Source of the DNA: Octopus sinensis
Lineage: Eukaryota
DNA length: 64,000 bases
Direction of reading: 5' to 3'
NCBI RefSeq assembly: GCF_006345805.1
Contig: NC_043008.1
Span: 63,736,001-63,800,000 of the forward strand
Shown here: positions 1 through 12,310 of the stretch, piece after piece
How the letters are laid out: each line of letters begins with the position of its first letter
How positions within the stretch are numbered: position 1 is the stretch's first letter
Notes under the pieces: model-generated
What the model saw: only the letters and a program-made list of their open reading frames with translations
The model's database searches: none
Told to the model about the DNA's origin: nothing
Position numbers and translations under genes: made by a program

Positions 1-274
1 TTATTATATTTTACTCAAAAATTACATCGTTAGAAACTCATAAGAAAGCTTGTCACGTGACCTCTAACATTAACAGCTTAATGCTTCTGTTTCCCTCCTA
101 ACATCTTAGCTTCAATGGAATTCTTTTGAAGTTTACCTCATTTCTATGCATTTCCATGGAAATGTAAAAAAAAAAAAATACAAAAGAAGCATAGTAAAAC
201 ATACAAATAAAAAAAGGAGGGAAAATACAATGATAATGGTTAAGTCAACAATAAATTCAACAACAACCGAAGCA

Positions 275-474
275 ATAATAATGAATATGATGATGATAAT
301 GATGATGATGATGATGAGGAGGAGGAGGACGATTGTAAGCTGATAATAATAATAATAATAATGATAATAATAATAATAATAGTAATAATAATAATAGTGA
401 TAATAACAACAATTATAATACTAATAATAATGATGATGATTGTGATTGTGCAGTAGTAGTAGTAGCAGTAGTAA

Positions 475-509
<35 letters not shown>

Positions 510-539
510 GTAATGGTGGTGGTAGTAGTAGTAGTAGTG

Positions 540-572
<33 letters not shown>

Positions 573-593
573 ATAGTAGTAGTAGTGGTGGTG

Positions 594-629
<36 letters not shown>

Positions 630-669
630 GTAAGTAGTAGTAGTAGTAGTAGTAGTAATAGTAGTGGTG

Positions 670-703
<34 letters not shown>

Positions 704-1073
704 CAGCAGCAGCAGTGATTTTCTTGTGGAATAAATAGGAGCTATTTTGATCGTAAATCCTGAAATAATTTTATGCAGTAAATAATAAGATGATAATGAT
801 GGTGACGACAAAAACAACAACAACAACAACAACAGCAATAATAATAATAACAATAACAATAAAAACATTAAAACTGATACTACTACTACTACTGCCACCA
901 CCACTACCACCAATAATAATAATAATAATAATATAGTGATAATATCATTGATGATGATGATTGTCATTACTATGATTACTATTATTATTATTTTTATTAT
1001 TATTATTATTTTTATTTATTATTATTATCATTATTATTTTTATTATTATTATTATTTTTATTTATTATTATTA

Positions 1074-1103
<30 letters not shown>
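275..1103. repeat. Compound trinucleotide microsatellite field (GAT, GAG, AAT, TAG/GTG, AAC, ACT/ACC, ATT)
   Basis: Direct reading of consecutive triplet runs; they generate the homopolymeric ORFs at 146-967. Confidence 0.97.
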
Positions 1104-1104
<1 letters not shown>

Positions 1105-2076
1105 AGATTTGCGAGCTTAATGCTGCCCAATCATATTCTATCTGTATCTTCGTTTACATGCGAAAATTGAATATTTTTTTGCCTTTCCTCATTTATATTT
1201 TTGATTCTATTTTGTTTTGTGTGTGTATTGTTTTTTGTTTTTGTTTTTTCTTTGTTTTTGTTATTTTTTTGTACAATTTATTTATTTATTTATTTTTTAT
1301 TTGAATGTCCTGAAATTGTCAAGATTTAAATCCAGTACCTCTATTTGAACATTATTCATGGCTGTGTATGATCACGTGGCCAAGAGGAAATAGAATGATG
1401 TAGTAAGAATTGTTTTTCTTCCAAATATCGATCTAGAGACTGGTGAAGCATATAATAGCATTATTGGAAAATTAAAGAAGACCATATGCTATCTCAACTG
1501 AATTGGAATAACTCAGTGGTACAATGTCATTGTTAGGTGAATGCGAAAGAGAGGAAGGCAGAGAATGGCTGCAAATGAGAGAGAGGGAAAGCAAGAGAGA
1601 ATTTGAGAGTTTATATGTGTTTGTGTGTAATATTGCATAAGGAGGAGGAGGAAGAGAAGGGGAGAGGGAGGAGGAGGAGAAATAAGACAATGAAAGGCAG
1701 TGGGAGTAGGAGTGCATGAGGAAAGATAACTAAGAGAGAGTGATAAGAGGGGAGGTGAGGAAGAGAGGACTATTCCAAAACGTTGAGATTCATAATGATG
1801 GTGATTAAAAGATGGTGTGCCACCAGGTGGGAAGATAAAGGAAGAGGAAGAATGAAAAGAAAGGACACACTGACACACACATTAATAATATATATGTGTA
1901 TATATTATTATTGTTGTTGTTGCCATTTAAAATAGTTTGATTTATCCTCATGTGACTTAAAATATTCTAGGCTTCTTACAGACACCTAGTTCCTTGGGCC
2001 CAGGTATAAATATGTATATATGTGAATATATATAGAGAAGGATGGATAGATAAATAATACATTAACAGACAAACAG

Positions 2077-2077
<1 letters not shown>

Positions 2078-2165
<88 letters not shown>
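2078..2165. repeat. (AT)n-(AG)n-(AGAT)n compound microsatellite
   Basis: Direct reading. Confidence 0.97.
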
Positions 2166-2955
2166 CAAGTAGAGTAAGAGACAAAAATTGTGTATGAGAA
2201 AGATTTTTGCAGATGTATTGTGACAGAGATCAAAAGTGTAGGAAGAGTGGCGACAAGTAGATGAGGCGAGTAAAAAAAGAAAAACAGATGGAGAGAGAGA
2301 GAGTGAGAGAGAGAGACGAAGAGAACAGACTGAATCAACAGACAAACAGACGGAGACAAAGCAACAGATTAATTTTAAAGAGAATGAAATGCAGTGTCAT
2401 AGAAAGAAAAACCAGATAGAAATTTTGCTAGAAAGACTTAATAAATGAAAAAAAAAAACAAAAAAAATAAAGAAAAAGAAAGAAAACGGAGGAAGGTAGA
2501 TAAAAGAAGTGAGAAATTCACTTTTGTTTTATTGTCAAATTCTTTATTTTATTCTTTGTTGTTTCCTCTTTTAACTTTAGCTATTTCATTTTGTATAACT
2601 CACTTCCTTAAATACTTTGTATTATACTTTTGTCTTTAAATTTCATATTCCTCTCCCAGTAGTTTCAAGAATACCACATGACAATATTCCTAAGATTAGC
2701 GAGATATTTCAATCCAAAAATAATGACAGGCTACAAAGAATCGTTTTCTTTTAGTGCAGCACTGAGTGTTGTTCACAAACAGCCACACAGAATACCAATT
2801 CTAGTCACAGACTTAATTCCAGGTTTTGCTTTTTTCAAGAATTTATTTATTTCATGTCTTTAAACTGAAAGACACAATGTACTCAATACGTACATATTTC
2901 TTTGTTATTCAGCTGGGCATAAACACACTCAGACATGTATGAATGGGGTACATAC

Positions 2956-3120
2956 ATAAATGGCTGTATACGTAAAAAGTTCATTTCACAACCATGTGGT
3001 TTCAGATTCCGTCACTCTCTATGCAACACCTATGGTATTCTTCTATAGCTCCAAGCTAACCAATGCCATGTGAGGGAATTTGAAAAACAAAAGCTGTAGA
3101 AAAACCATCGCGTGTACACA
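2956..3120 (+). mobile_element. Degenerate 5' half of SINE-like family C
   Basis: Gapped similarity to 26480-26640 (caaccatgtggtttcagattcc...ttctatagc...accaatgccatgtgag). Confidence 0.5.
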
Positions 3121-3179
3121 CTCACTCACACATACGCACACATACATGCTCATATATACATATATATATATAAAATGTA

Positions 3180-3750
3180 GTTGTTGGTATTCGCCAGTTA
3201 GGGAGTTACCATTCATTTTGTACCTCTGATACCCTTAACATTATAGGCAACTTCTTGTATCTGCTAATCTCTCTACTACTGGAGGTAAGAATATATTCCG
3301 GTCAGTCACGTTTGTGAAAAAATCCTCTAAAACGAAATTCGTCTAAGCAACATCTTTTCTAGGCATGATGAAGTTATCTTGCTTTGACCAATTCCAATCA
3401 CATCTTAAACAGGTGCCCAATTTCTGCTCGCCAGTCAGCCAGTGGGGAATTTTATGTCCCTAATGTGAATTTTTACTCATGGGGGTAGCGACTTAACACC
3501 TCACTTCTGGAGTTTAAGAAAGACCCCCTTCCCAGATCAAGAAAATCCTTTCCCTCTCAGCCAAGCAAAATTTGCATTGGCTGCCCCTGTTGAGGTATGG
3601 TTCAGGTTGTTCCAGGAGCTTTCATTTATGCGTATGGCATATCCCCTTTTTAAAATGTGATGTGTAGTTATCCAAAGATGTAAAGTTGAACTTCTCTGAG
3701 ATTCTCAAAGAGAGCTTATGGTTGTTTAGCTGCTGCATAAAGGGCCTCTC
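3180..3750 (-). pseudogene. Penelope-like element remnant: C-terminal part of a GIY-YIG endonuclease region plus 3' flank
   Basis: Manual minus-strand translation of 3750->3461 with stops and frameshifts: ERPFMQQLNNHKLSLRISEKFNFTSLDNY...K*KLLEQPEPYLNRGSQCKFCLAE...LNSRSEVLSRYPHE*KFTL. It has the F-x-x-x-x-N-N-H, CxxC and LNSRSE motifs and is colinear with the ORF at 57249-57506. Confidence 0.7.
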
Positions 3751-3751
3751 T

Positions 3752-4065
3752 ATCATCATCATCATCGTTTAACGGGCGTTTTCCATACGGGTTGGACGGT
3801 TCGACCGGGGTCTGGGAAGCCAGGAGGCTGCACCAGGTTCCAGTCTGATCTGGCAGTGTTTCTACAGCTGGATGCCATTCCTAATGCCAACCACTCCGTG
3901 AGTGTAGTGGGTGCTTTTTACGTGCCACCACCACAGGGGCCAGAGGAGGCTGGCAAATGGCCACAATCAGTTGGTTTTTGTTACGTGTCACCAACACAGA
4001 CGACAGTCAGGCAGTGCTGGCATCAGCCACGTTTGGACAGTGCTTTTTACATGTCACCGGCATGA
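3752..4065 (-). mobile_element. Retroposon family A (3' tail GTTAAACGATGATGAT, RTE-type tail)
   Basis: Reverse complement of the 3' part of the copies at 8626-9112 and 28575-29052. Confidence 0.85.
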
Positions 4066-4443
4066 GTATCTTAACTACAATTTCCATTTGTGTATATATA
4101 AATGTCTAACAATGGCTATTTGAGCAATGAGTCAGTGGTTGCTTTGCAGTTTGGATATGACACTGATGAAGGAGCAAGAACTCCTGAAGTATGGCATATA
4201 CGCCCATTAACCATTTTGAATCTTCAATCTCATTGATGTTTAGATTAGGCATACTCAGATATGAAACATTGTAGCAAATCAGTGCTGGCTGTAATTTCTG
4301 TGGAAAATCTGTAGACATAATCTTAACAAAAGAAATATATACATTGTTTTTCACCCACATTATCAACAAAAAAAATTTCTCAGTGTTGATTTATATACAC
4401 ATTTACAAATATAAATGCATGTTATTAATCAACACTTGAATAT

Positions 4444-4483
<40 letters not shown>

Positions 4484-4763
4484 ATTTGGCTCAAAAGCAA
4501 ATAGCAAGGCCATGTAGGGGGACATGGAGTTAAGTACAGGGTGGTGTTCATGTAAAGAGTTCAGGCCACTTGAGGTCAAGGGAGGCTTTGAACAAAGGGG
4601 TCGTCGGCATCTTCACCATCTTGTCTGGCAGCTTGTTCCATGGATCTGCAACCCAGACGGAGAAAGCTCCTCTCCTTTGATTGAGATGAAATCGTCGCAG
4701 GTAGAGCTTTTCAGAATGACCCCGCAGCCGACATATAGGTGGCAGGACTGGCAGAACTGTTAA
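4444..4763 (-). mobile_element. CR1-type LINE 3' end (ORF2 C-terminus plus (TAAC)n tail)
   Basis: ORF 4548-4766 LRGHSEKLYLRRFHLNQRRGAFSVWVADPWNKLPDKMV...FKASLD matches the CR1 C-terminal RGH...FS.RV...WN.LP...FK..LD pattern; a tetranucleotide tail lies at 4444-4482. Confidence 0.85.
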
Positions 4764-5401
4764 CATCTTTGTGATATTTCTTCCAGTTCATTATATTCTG
4801 AATATAAATTCAGCTGAAACCAACTTTGTTATTTCATCCTTTTTGGGGTCAAAAACTAAATCCTCTAAAAATTTCTGGCCTTGTTCAAAAATTTGGTTAC
4901 TGAAGATGATTGTACTGGATCTTTGTGAATTAATTATGAAAGTTAGAAAATATGAATATATGTGTGTAATTATACATAGAAAGCTCTTTTGTCTTAGAAA
5001 TATTGTAGATTTCTTCCTTATTGTATTTAGTTTTATGTGCATCTAAATAGGAAATGTATGCTTATTTATGGTAATGTAAGGTATGACAATCTTTTTTATA
5101 TAAAACTGTTTCCCTTAATGCGTTTCAATGCTTGATTTCTTCTAAAATTCTGTAGCCATTACTAATGTCAATGTCTGCTCATAAAATAATTTGTTCCATC
5201 CTTTAGTGATGACATTTATGTCAATGAGGATAAAATTGAGACAGACAACAGCAGAAGATAACAGAACTGGTGCATGCTGCTGATGATGATGAATTTGAGG
5301 TTGACACTGATGAGATTGTGGTTGATAATGACAAATTTGACAGGGTATCCTGTAAATATGATTATACACACACCTCTTAAAATTATTGTTATTCAGCATG
5401 T

Positions 5402-5571
5402 AAAAGCACCCACTACACACTTGGAGTGGTCAGTATTAGGAAGGGCATCCAGCTGTAGAAACTCTGCCAGATCAGATTGGAGCGTGGTGCAGCCATCTGG
5501 TTCACCAATTCTCTGTCAAATCATCCAACCCATGCTAGCATGGAAAGCAGATGTTAAACAATGATGATGAT
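5402..5571 (+). mobile_element. Family A retroposon, 5'-truncated copy
   Basis: aaagcacccactacac...aggaagggcatccagctgtagaaac...gttaaacaatgatgatga matches 8940-9112. Confidence 0.85.
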
Positions 5572-5639
5572 TCTGTGAGGATTTCAGCCTATCTATCTGA
5601 TATACATGACTTGGATTGGTGAAATGCTTCTTTAGTAAT

Positions 5640-6807
5640 CTACCAACTAACTATATTTTGGCCAAGAAAAACATGTAACCTTTACACCACTATTAGAATA
5701 CTATGAAAGCTATTCTTTGTTAGCCAGGATTGGGCAGTCAGAGACAATATGATTTATTGTTTCCTGTCCATCTCCACAGTTACTTATGTTTCCTTTGATT
5801 GTATGTTTTTGGTAATTTATGGTGGGGAGGCTTTGGTTTTGTTCTGCAATTAAAAATCCCTGCTTTGAGTCCTGAGCTTTCCAGCCATTGCTGAGATTTT
5901 GCTTTGTCTATTACTTTTGCATTTAGTTTAGCCCAGTATTTGCCATGAAGGGGCTTTTCTTGCCATCATTTTATCATGGTCCATTGCTGTTCCAGTTTTA
6001 GTTTGGATTTAATTTGTTTTACAACTTTTGTTGTTTCTTCTTCTTCTTCATAGTTGTTAGGTAGCATGATTTCTTGTTTGTATTTGTCAGCTTCCTTAAA
6101 GACTGAGTTTTTTGTTTTGTGGTTATTTGTATTAGTTTTCCTTACTTCTGAAGTACGTATTTTTGCAGTCCTATGGTGGTTATTTTGTAGTAGTTTTCTA
6201 GCTGCGTGAGGCCTCTACCACCTTCTATATGTTATATATATAACCTTTCTCTGTCAGATTTTGGGTGGTGCATCCTAGATCCTTTCATTATTTTTCTTCT
6301 TTTCTTGTCTATTTTGATAAGTTCATTTAGTGTCCAGTTAAGGATATTGTAGCTATAATTATAATTGGGACAGCTAGAGTGTTGATACCTATTATCTTGT
6401 TTTTAGCATTGAGCTCTGTTTTAAGTATTAATCTAACTCATCTAAAGTATCCTTTTTTTTATTTTATCTTTCATTTGTGTGTGTTGTATCATATCTAGTT
6501 CATGGATTCCTAAATATTTGTAATGTCTGGCTTTGGTCTAATTCTCTTATTTCATTGGCTTTATCTAGTGTGATGTTGCTACTCTTAACTAGTTTTCCTC
6601 GTTTCAAGGTTGCTTTGGCACATTTTTTCTAAGCCAAATTTCATCTTTATTTCTTTGGTAAATCCATGTACTGGCTGTAGTAATGTTTCCAGCTGTTTAT
6701 CCTTTGTAGTACACAGTTTAGGTCATCCGCATCCAGTTCTGTTTAGCATGTCAGATAATGGTGTCAGTGCCAAGCAGAAAAAGTAGAGAGAGCATGTCTC
6801 CCTGGAA
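5640..6807 (-). pseudogene. Dong/R4-clade (RLE-type) non-LTR retrotransposon fragment, RT domain to Zn-knuckle, 5'-truncated
   Basis: Manual translation with frameshifts: IFQGDMLSL...ALTPLSDMLNRTG; MKFGLEK/CAKATLKRGKL; YKYLGIHE; KTELNAKNKIIGINTLAVP; MHHPKSDRERLY; GGRGLTQLE; GFLIAEQNQSLPTINYQK; ETINHIVSDCPILANKE. Confidence 0.85.
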
Positions 6808-6822
6808 TATTATTATTATTAA

Positions 6823-6868
<46 letters not shown>

Positions 6869-6887
6869 GTTGTTGTTGTTATTATTA
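6808..6887. repeat. (ATT)n/(GTT)n microsatellite abutting the truncation point of the Dong/R4 fragment
   Basis: Direct reading. Confidence 0.95.
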
Positions 6888-7119
6888 TGATATGGTATGG
6901 AAGAGTTGTATGTTGCTGTATATCTTCACAGTCACATGTATTTATATTTCCTTTCATACTGGGCTTATGTGAGCATCCATGTATAAAACTGTATTATCAT
7001 GGCTATTTGCTCAACGTGGTAACTCACAGTAACTTAGTCCTGTTACATCTTGGGTATCTTTAAATATATTCTCGGGCACAAACTTTGCTAGAGAGAAAAT
7101 ATGCAGAAAACTGTTATAT

Positions 7120-7296
7120 ATATGTATGTATGTATGTGTTTATGTATGTATGGATCTATGTATACATGTATGCATGCGTGCATACATGAATGCATGCAAG
7201 TATGTATATATGTAGATAGGTAGGTATTTATGTATGTCTGCATACATCTATATATGTGTAAGTGTGGGTGCATGCATACATACATGAATATGTGCC

Positions 7297-7358
<62 letters not shown>

Positions 7359-7474
7359 TATACATATATGTACATGTACATGCATATATATATATGCACG
7401 CAAACATATATATATATTTGTATATTCATGTATAAGTGTATATATATATATACACACACACATGCACACATATG

Positions 7475-7509
<35 letters not shown>
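7120..7509. repeat. AT/ATGT/AGAT microsatellite mosaic
   Basis: Direct reading. Confidence 0.95.
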
Positions 7510-7511
<2 letters not shown>

Positions 7512-7586
7512 GGTCCCGGGTTGAGTCGGGGTTCACCACAGTAAATAAGGTACTCAATACATAGCAGAGTAAATTAATTTAATTTA

Positions 7587-7631
7587 TTTTATAGAAGGAG
7601 CTTCTATAGCTTTTATAGAAGCTCCTTCTAT

Positions 7632-7635
<4 letters not shown>
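7587..7635. repeat. Perfect 22-bp inverted repeat with 5-nt spacer
   Basis: TTTTATAGAAGGAGCTTCTATA-gcttt-TATAGAAGCTCCTTCTATAAAA. Confidence 0.95.
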
Positions 7636-7684
<49 letters not shown>

Positions 7685-8339
7685 TATATATGTGTTCATG
7701 CATGCGTGTGTATATGTGTGTGTAAAAGATTGGAGAATTTATTGTAACAGATGGAGTGGAATTATTTACAAAAACTAATAAGGAAGAGTAAATAGAATTA
7801 CCGAAAATGAGGATTGTGTTCGATATGCTGTTAGTTGTAGGAGATATCCGTTATGGTCTTTTAATGGTTGAATATCTGTGAGAGTATTCATGCATATATA
7901 TGTGGAAGCTAAATATACATGTAATTATATGCATAATTCCAATAGTCTCTAATATTATGGATCACCACCCTCTAAATTTGAAAATGAAGGTTTCAGTGTG
8001 TAATGGATATTATTAGGAAGCACTGCTAAAAAATGGTATTGGAGAATTTAATGTTCAACTATTTTAACATAACATTTAAATTTTCATTTTCATTTTTATT
8101 TTTAACGAGAATTTTTATTGTAGTTTTAAAGTAGCTAAAGCACAAAATATTATTATGGTGAAAAATTTTGCTTGTATTTATATTGGTATCTACTGAGTTT
8201 GATTAGTATTTTGATTAATTTAAATAAAAAGAAGAAAATAACTATACGTTCCTTCCTTAATTGACTGCAACTCAAGTGAGTGTTGGTGTGAGAAAATAAC
8301 GTATTTATGCAAGGAGATGCAGTAAATAAATAACGACAT

Positions 8340-8520
8340 AGGCACAGTTGCAGCTGTGTGGTAAGAAGTTTGGTTCTCAACCTCATGGTTCCAGGTTCAG
8401 TTCAACTTCATGGCATAGTGTTCTTCTACTAGAGCCATGGGTATTATACTACAACCTTGTAAGTGGATTTGTTAGACAGAAACTGAATGAAGATATATGT
8501 ATACATGCTTGTGTGTAAGT
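8340..8520 (+). mobile_element. Family C SINE-like element, 5' half
   Basis: gctgtgtggtaagaagtttggttctcaacc...ggttccaggttcagtt...ttctactagagcc...aagtggattt...gaaactgaa matches 26480-26640. Confidence 0.75.
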
Positions 8521-8525
8521 GTGTG

Positions 8526-8577
<52 letters not shown>

Positions 8578-8625
8578 TATATTCCTACCAACTATCTATC
8601 TATCTATATATATATATATATATAT

Positions 8626-9112
8626 GAAATCAAAATCGAAGTCAAATTTGATGACTGGCATCCATGCTAGTGGAGCGCTAAGAGTACCATACGAGCGTGA
8701 TTGCTGCCAGAGCAACAAACTAGCCTGCATGCTAGTGGCATGTAAAAAACACCATTCGAGTATGATCATTAGCTGCGTCACCTTACTGGTACTTGTGCTG
8801 GTGGCACATGATAAAACATTGGAGCGAGGTCGTTGCCAGTGCCACTGGATGGGCTCAAGTGCAGATAGCACATAAAAAGCACCATTTGAGCATGGCCGTT
8901 GCCAGTACTGCCTGACTAGCCCTCGTGCCGGTGGCACATAAAAGCACCCACTACACTCTTGGAGTGGTTGGCGTTAGGTAGGGCATCCAGCTATAGAAAC
9001 TCTGCCAGATCAGATTGGAGTCTGGTGCAGCCATCTGGTTCGCCAGACCTCAGTCAAATTGTCCAACCCATGCTAGCATGGAAAGTGGACGTAAAACTAT
9101 GATGATGATGAT
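8626..9112 (+). mobile_element. Family A retroposon, long copy
   Basis: Colinear with 28575-29052; internal GTGGCAC(G/A)TAAAA sub-repeats; ends CCATGCTAGCATGGAAAGTGGACGTAAAACT(ATG)n. Confidence 0.9.
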
Positions 9113-9144
9113 ATCTATATATCTATCTATCTATCTATCTATCC

Positions 9145-9213
<69 letters not shown>

Positions 9214-9224
9214 ATAGGTGCCTG

Positions 9225-9368
9225 TCAGTTTCCATATCAAACTATTCCCAAGGCTTTAGCCAGCCAAAGGGTATAGTTGAAAACACTGGCCCAAGTTGCT
9301 AGGTGGTTAGACTGAACCCAATGCCATATGGTTAGGAAACAAACTTCTAACTCACACAGCCACACCTA
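9225..9368 (-). mobile_element. Family C 5' half, degenerate
   Basis: Reverse-complement match to the family C head (cagtttcc...caaggcttt...cacacagccacacct). Confidence 0.65.
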
Positions 9369-11757
9369 AAAACGAAAGAAGGGTTTTTGATATTGTGAAA
9401 CAAATTATCATTGGAATCAAACTATATTACACAATGATATTTATTTATAAACAAAATGCAAATGTTGTGGAATTGCAACTGGATAGAGTTAAACGGATTT
9501 TACATTGCAGCTATTAGGATCATGGTAAAATAATTGGTAGTTAATGTTATACAATGTCTATTGATAAATAGAAAAGATCTATACAAGAAAAGTCCAGTAT
9601 AATCAAATCATAATCTATATTTTTAAATGCAGCAGAGACATAAAGAATGGTATGATTCCCAGCTTAACTTATCAGTATCAACACCTGTATCTAAACAATT
9701 TTTGATCTCCTTACTGAAACATTTATTATTTACAAAACAAACATTAATATTCATAGATATTCCAACACCCTTTGTTTTGTACAAATATTAATGAACCATA
9801 TTTCATATAGATTAGAAACATAGTCTGCTAAATAAAATAATCTAATTGAATTTGTTTCAATGCATATAATTGTCCACTTGCAATGATAAGCTATAAGTTT
9901 ATTGTGCCACAGATCCAATTTTTATTTACAAATATTTTTTCCTGGCAGTTTATTGAAACAGATTTAATCAGCACTTCTGATCAGCGTCATTTTGCAGACA
10001 TCAAAGTTTTAGAACATTAAAATTTTTCAAAACTTTTCTCTTTCAAAATTAGTAATACTTTATTGAAGCTACTTCCACACATTTCTATAGTACATTTCTT
10101 CAACAACTTCTATCATATAATTTATATTTTTACTTAGTAAAACTTCATGCTAACAACTACACTACTGATGTCCATTGACATTAATTGTTTTCCTTATCAT
10201 TGCAGCTTTCCTACTTTGCAGTAATATAATTGGTCAGCTTATACAGTAACAACTGCTAAACCAAGATTTCCAATTATTGTAAAATTCCATAATTTAATAT
10301 ATTAATTGTTTAAGATTAAATTAATGTTCCTCTTTGTTATATTTATTTCCATATCGAAATTAGAACCTACAAATTCCTAATAAACCCTCACTTTATTAAA
10401 GTTCATTAAATTTAAATTACTGTACTCAACTTTATTACACTCTTTTACTACCTCTAACCAAACTAATTACAGGTTCCCTTAATCATTTCAGATTGGAACA
10501 TTTGAACAGCTATTTATTTAAACTCAAATCCTCTCCCTTTTCCTTTTCCTGCTTACCCTTTAAAAAAATTTTAATTTAATTTAATCTGCTTAGAATATTA
10601 CAGTATAATAATTCCTAAATTTTTTTATTTAATTTAATCCACTTAAAATATTACAGTATAAATAATTTACATCCTAAGTTATATCCCAGCATATCCACAT
10701 TCACATCCTTATTTATAATTTGATAGCATATTTGTTTCTGTGTTTATTCATGAAATAATATCATATTCTAGACTTATAGCAAAATGATCTAAATAACAAG
10801 TACTTTGTATACTTCTGTGTTAGTGATATAACTTAAAGTTATAAAGCATATTGCTACTTTAAGATATATAAGTCAGTCTGTGTTTAATTTGATAGCACAA
10901 CTCTTTTAACTTGTATCAAATTTTTCTAACTTGTATTTTACATACATTTATATTAATGATATAACTTAAAGCTATAAAAGACGTTGTTACTCCGAGATAT
11001 GTAAAGATCTTTCGTTTGATAACGCATTATTTTAACATGCAACAAACTATTCTCACATGAAGCTTGCACTCATGCATATTACTGATAAGTAAAAGTTAAT
11101 GTTAATTTAAGATATATATATGTTTTATATTCATCTCTTTGTAACACATTAAGAACTACAAGATATTTTGCACATTTATTCATCCGAATTTGTTACTATT
11201 TTCACTATCTCTTATTTTCTTATTCTGTTCACATTAATATTACTTTATAATAATTCATAATCTCACTGATATTACAACATATACGTTTTCTCACATTTCC
11301 ATTTAATTTGATAACATTTGCTTTCTTTATTTAGCCTTTTGAATAAGTAGCACCTTTCTTTCAGTCGACACTAAATGGAACTTAATAAACATGACGTGTA
11401 CACACTAACTGTGAAAGAATCCTAAAAAAGCCAATGTTATAAGTTTTCCTGTGTTCAACAAGGCAAACTTGCTAGTAATAAATACGCATCTGGTTCACTC
11501 TGTAAAATGGTTTGTGTTAGGAAGGAAATTCAGACACAGAAATCATGTTAAAACTGAAATGTGTGAATAAGATGTGACAGCAGTCACTCTATATAAGAAC
11601 TGATATGGACAACAACAACATGTCCAACCCATAACAGCAGGGAAAATGGACTTGATAATGATGATAACACCAATAATAATGATGATGATAATATATACGT
11701 ATATGTGTGTGTGTTTGTGTGTGTGTGTTTGTGTGTGTGTATACAATTACATATATG

Positions 11758-12186
11758 TATTTGTATACGTCTGGCAAACACCCATAAAATTATTAACCAC
11801 CTTACTAACAATAACTCTGAGCAACTTTTCAAACTCCACCTGTCTAACACCCGTGGACATGTTTACAAAGTCAGAAAACAGCACAGCTCCCATGACTTTC
11901 AGAAACATTTTTTCACGCTGAGAGTTGCTGAAGTATGGAACAAACTGCCGGTATCAGTTGTTAGTTGTCGGAGCACTGCATCCTTCAAAACTTCCATGCT
12001 TCCTGAGATATGTCAACACTACACCTGATTTTCTCCCCTCCATACACACGCAAGCATGTATCTGACTCATACACTGTTCACTTACCAGACATTTGTACAT
12101 TACTGCATATGCTTTATATGCACTTTTAACAAGTTGTGGTGCACCTGAGCACTGTATACAATTATTTCATTATATTATTATTATTA

Positions 12187-12218
<32 letters not shown>

Positions 12219-12220
12219 GT
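11758..12220 (+). mobile_element. CR1-type LINE 3' end (second subfamily) with 3' UTR and (ATT)n tail
   Basis: ORF 11705-12028 SNTRGHVYKVRKQHSSHDFQKHFFTLRVAEVWNKLPVSVVSCRSTASFK matches the CR1 C-terminal motif. Confidence 0.85.
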
Positions 12221-12310
12221 GTGTGTGCATGTGTCAATCATCATCATCATCGTTTAACGTCCGTTTTCCGCGCTAGCACAGGTTGGACGGTGTGTGTGTG
12301 TGTATATAAA

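Noticed and set aside
146-967. Poly-Ser/Val/Thr/Leu ORFs
   Set aside because: Translations of trinucleotide microsatellites in several frames; no domain content.
3421-3445. CTGACTGGCGAGCAGAAA (minus) as a hammerhead downstream of the PLE remnant
   Set aside because: The core is not CUGANGA and no supporting stems were found.
5190-5350. Acidic stretch (SDDIYVNED…/ADDDEFEVDTDE…) as a coding exon
   Set aside because: Needs a frameshift, is partly GAT-repeat derived, and has no clear splice pair.
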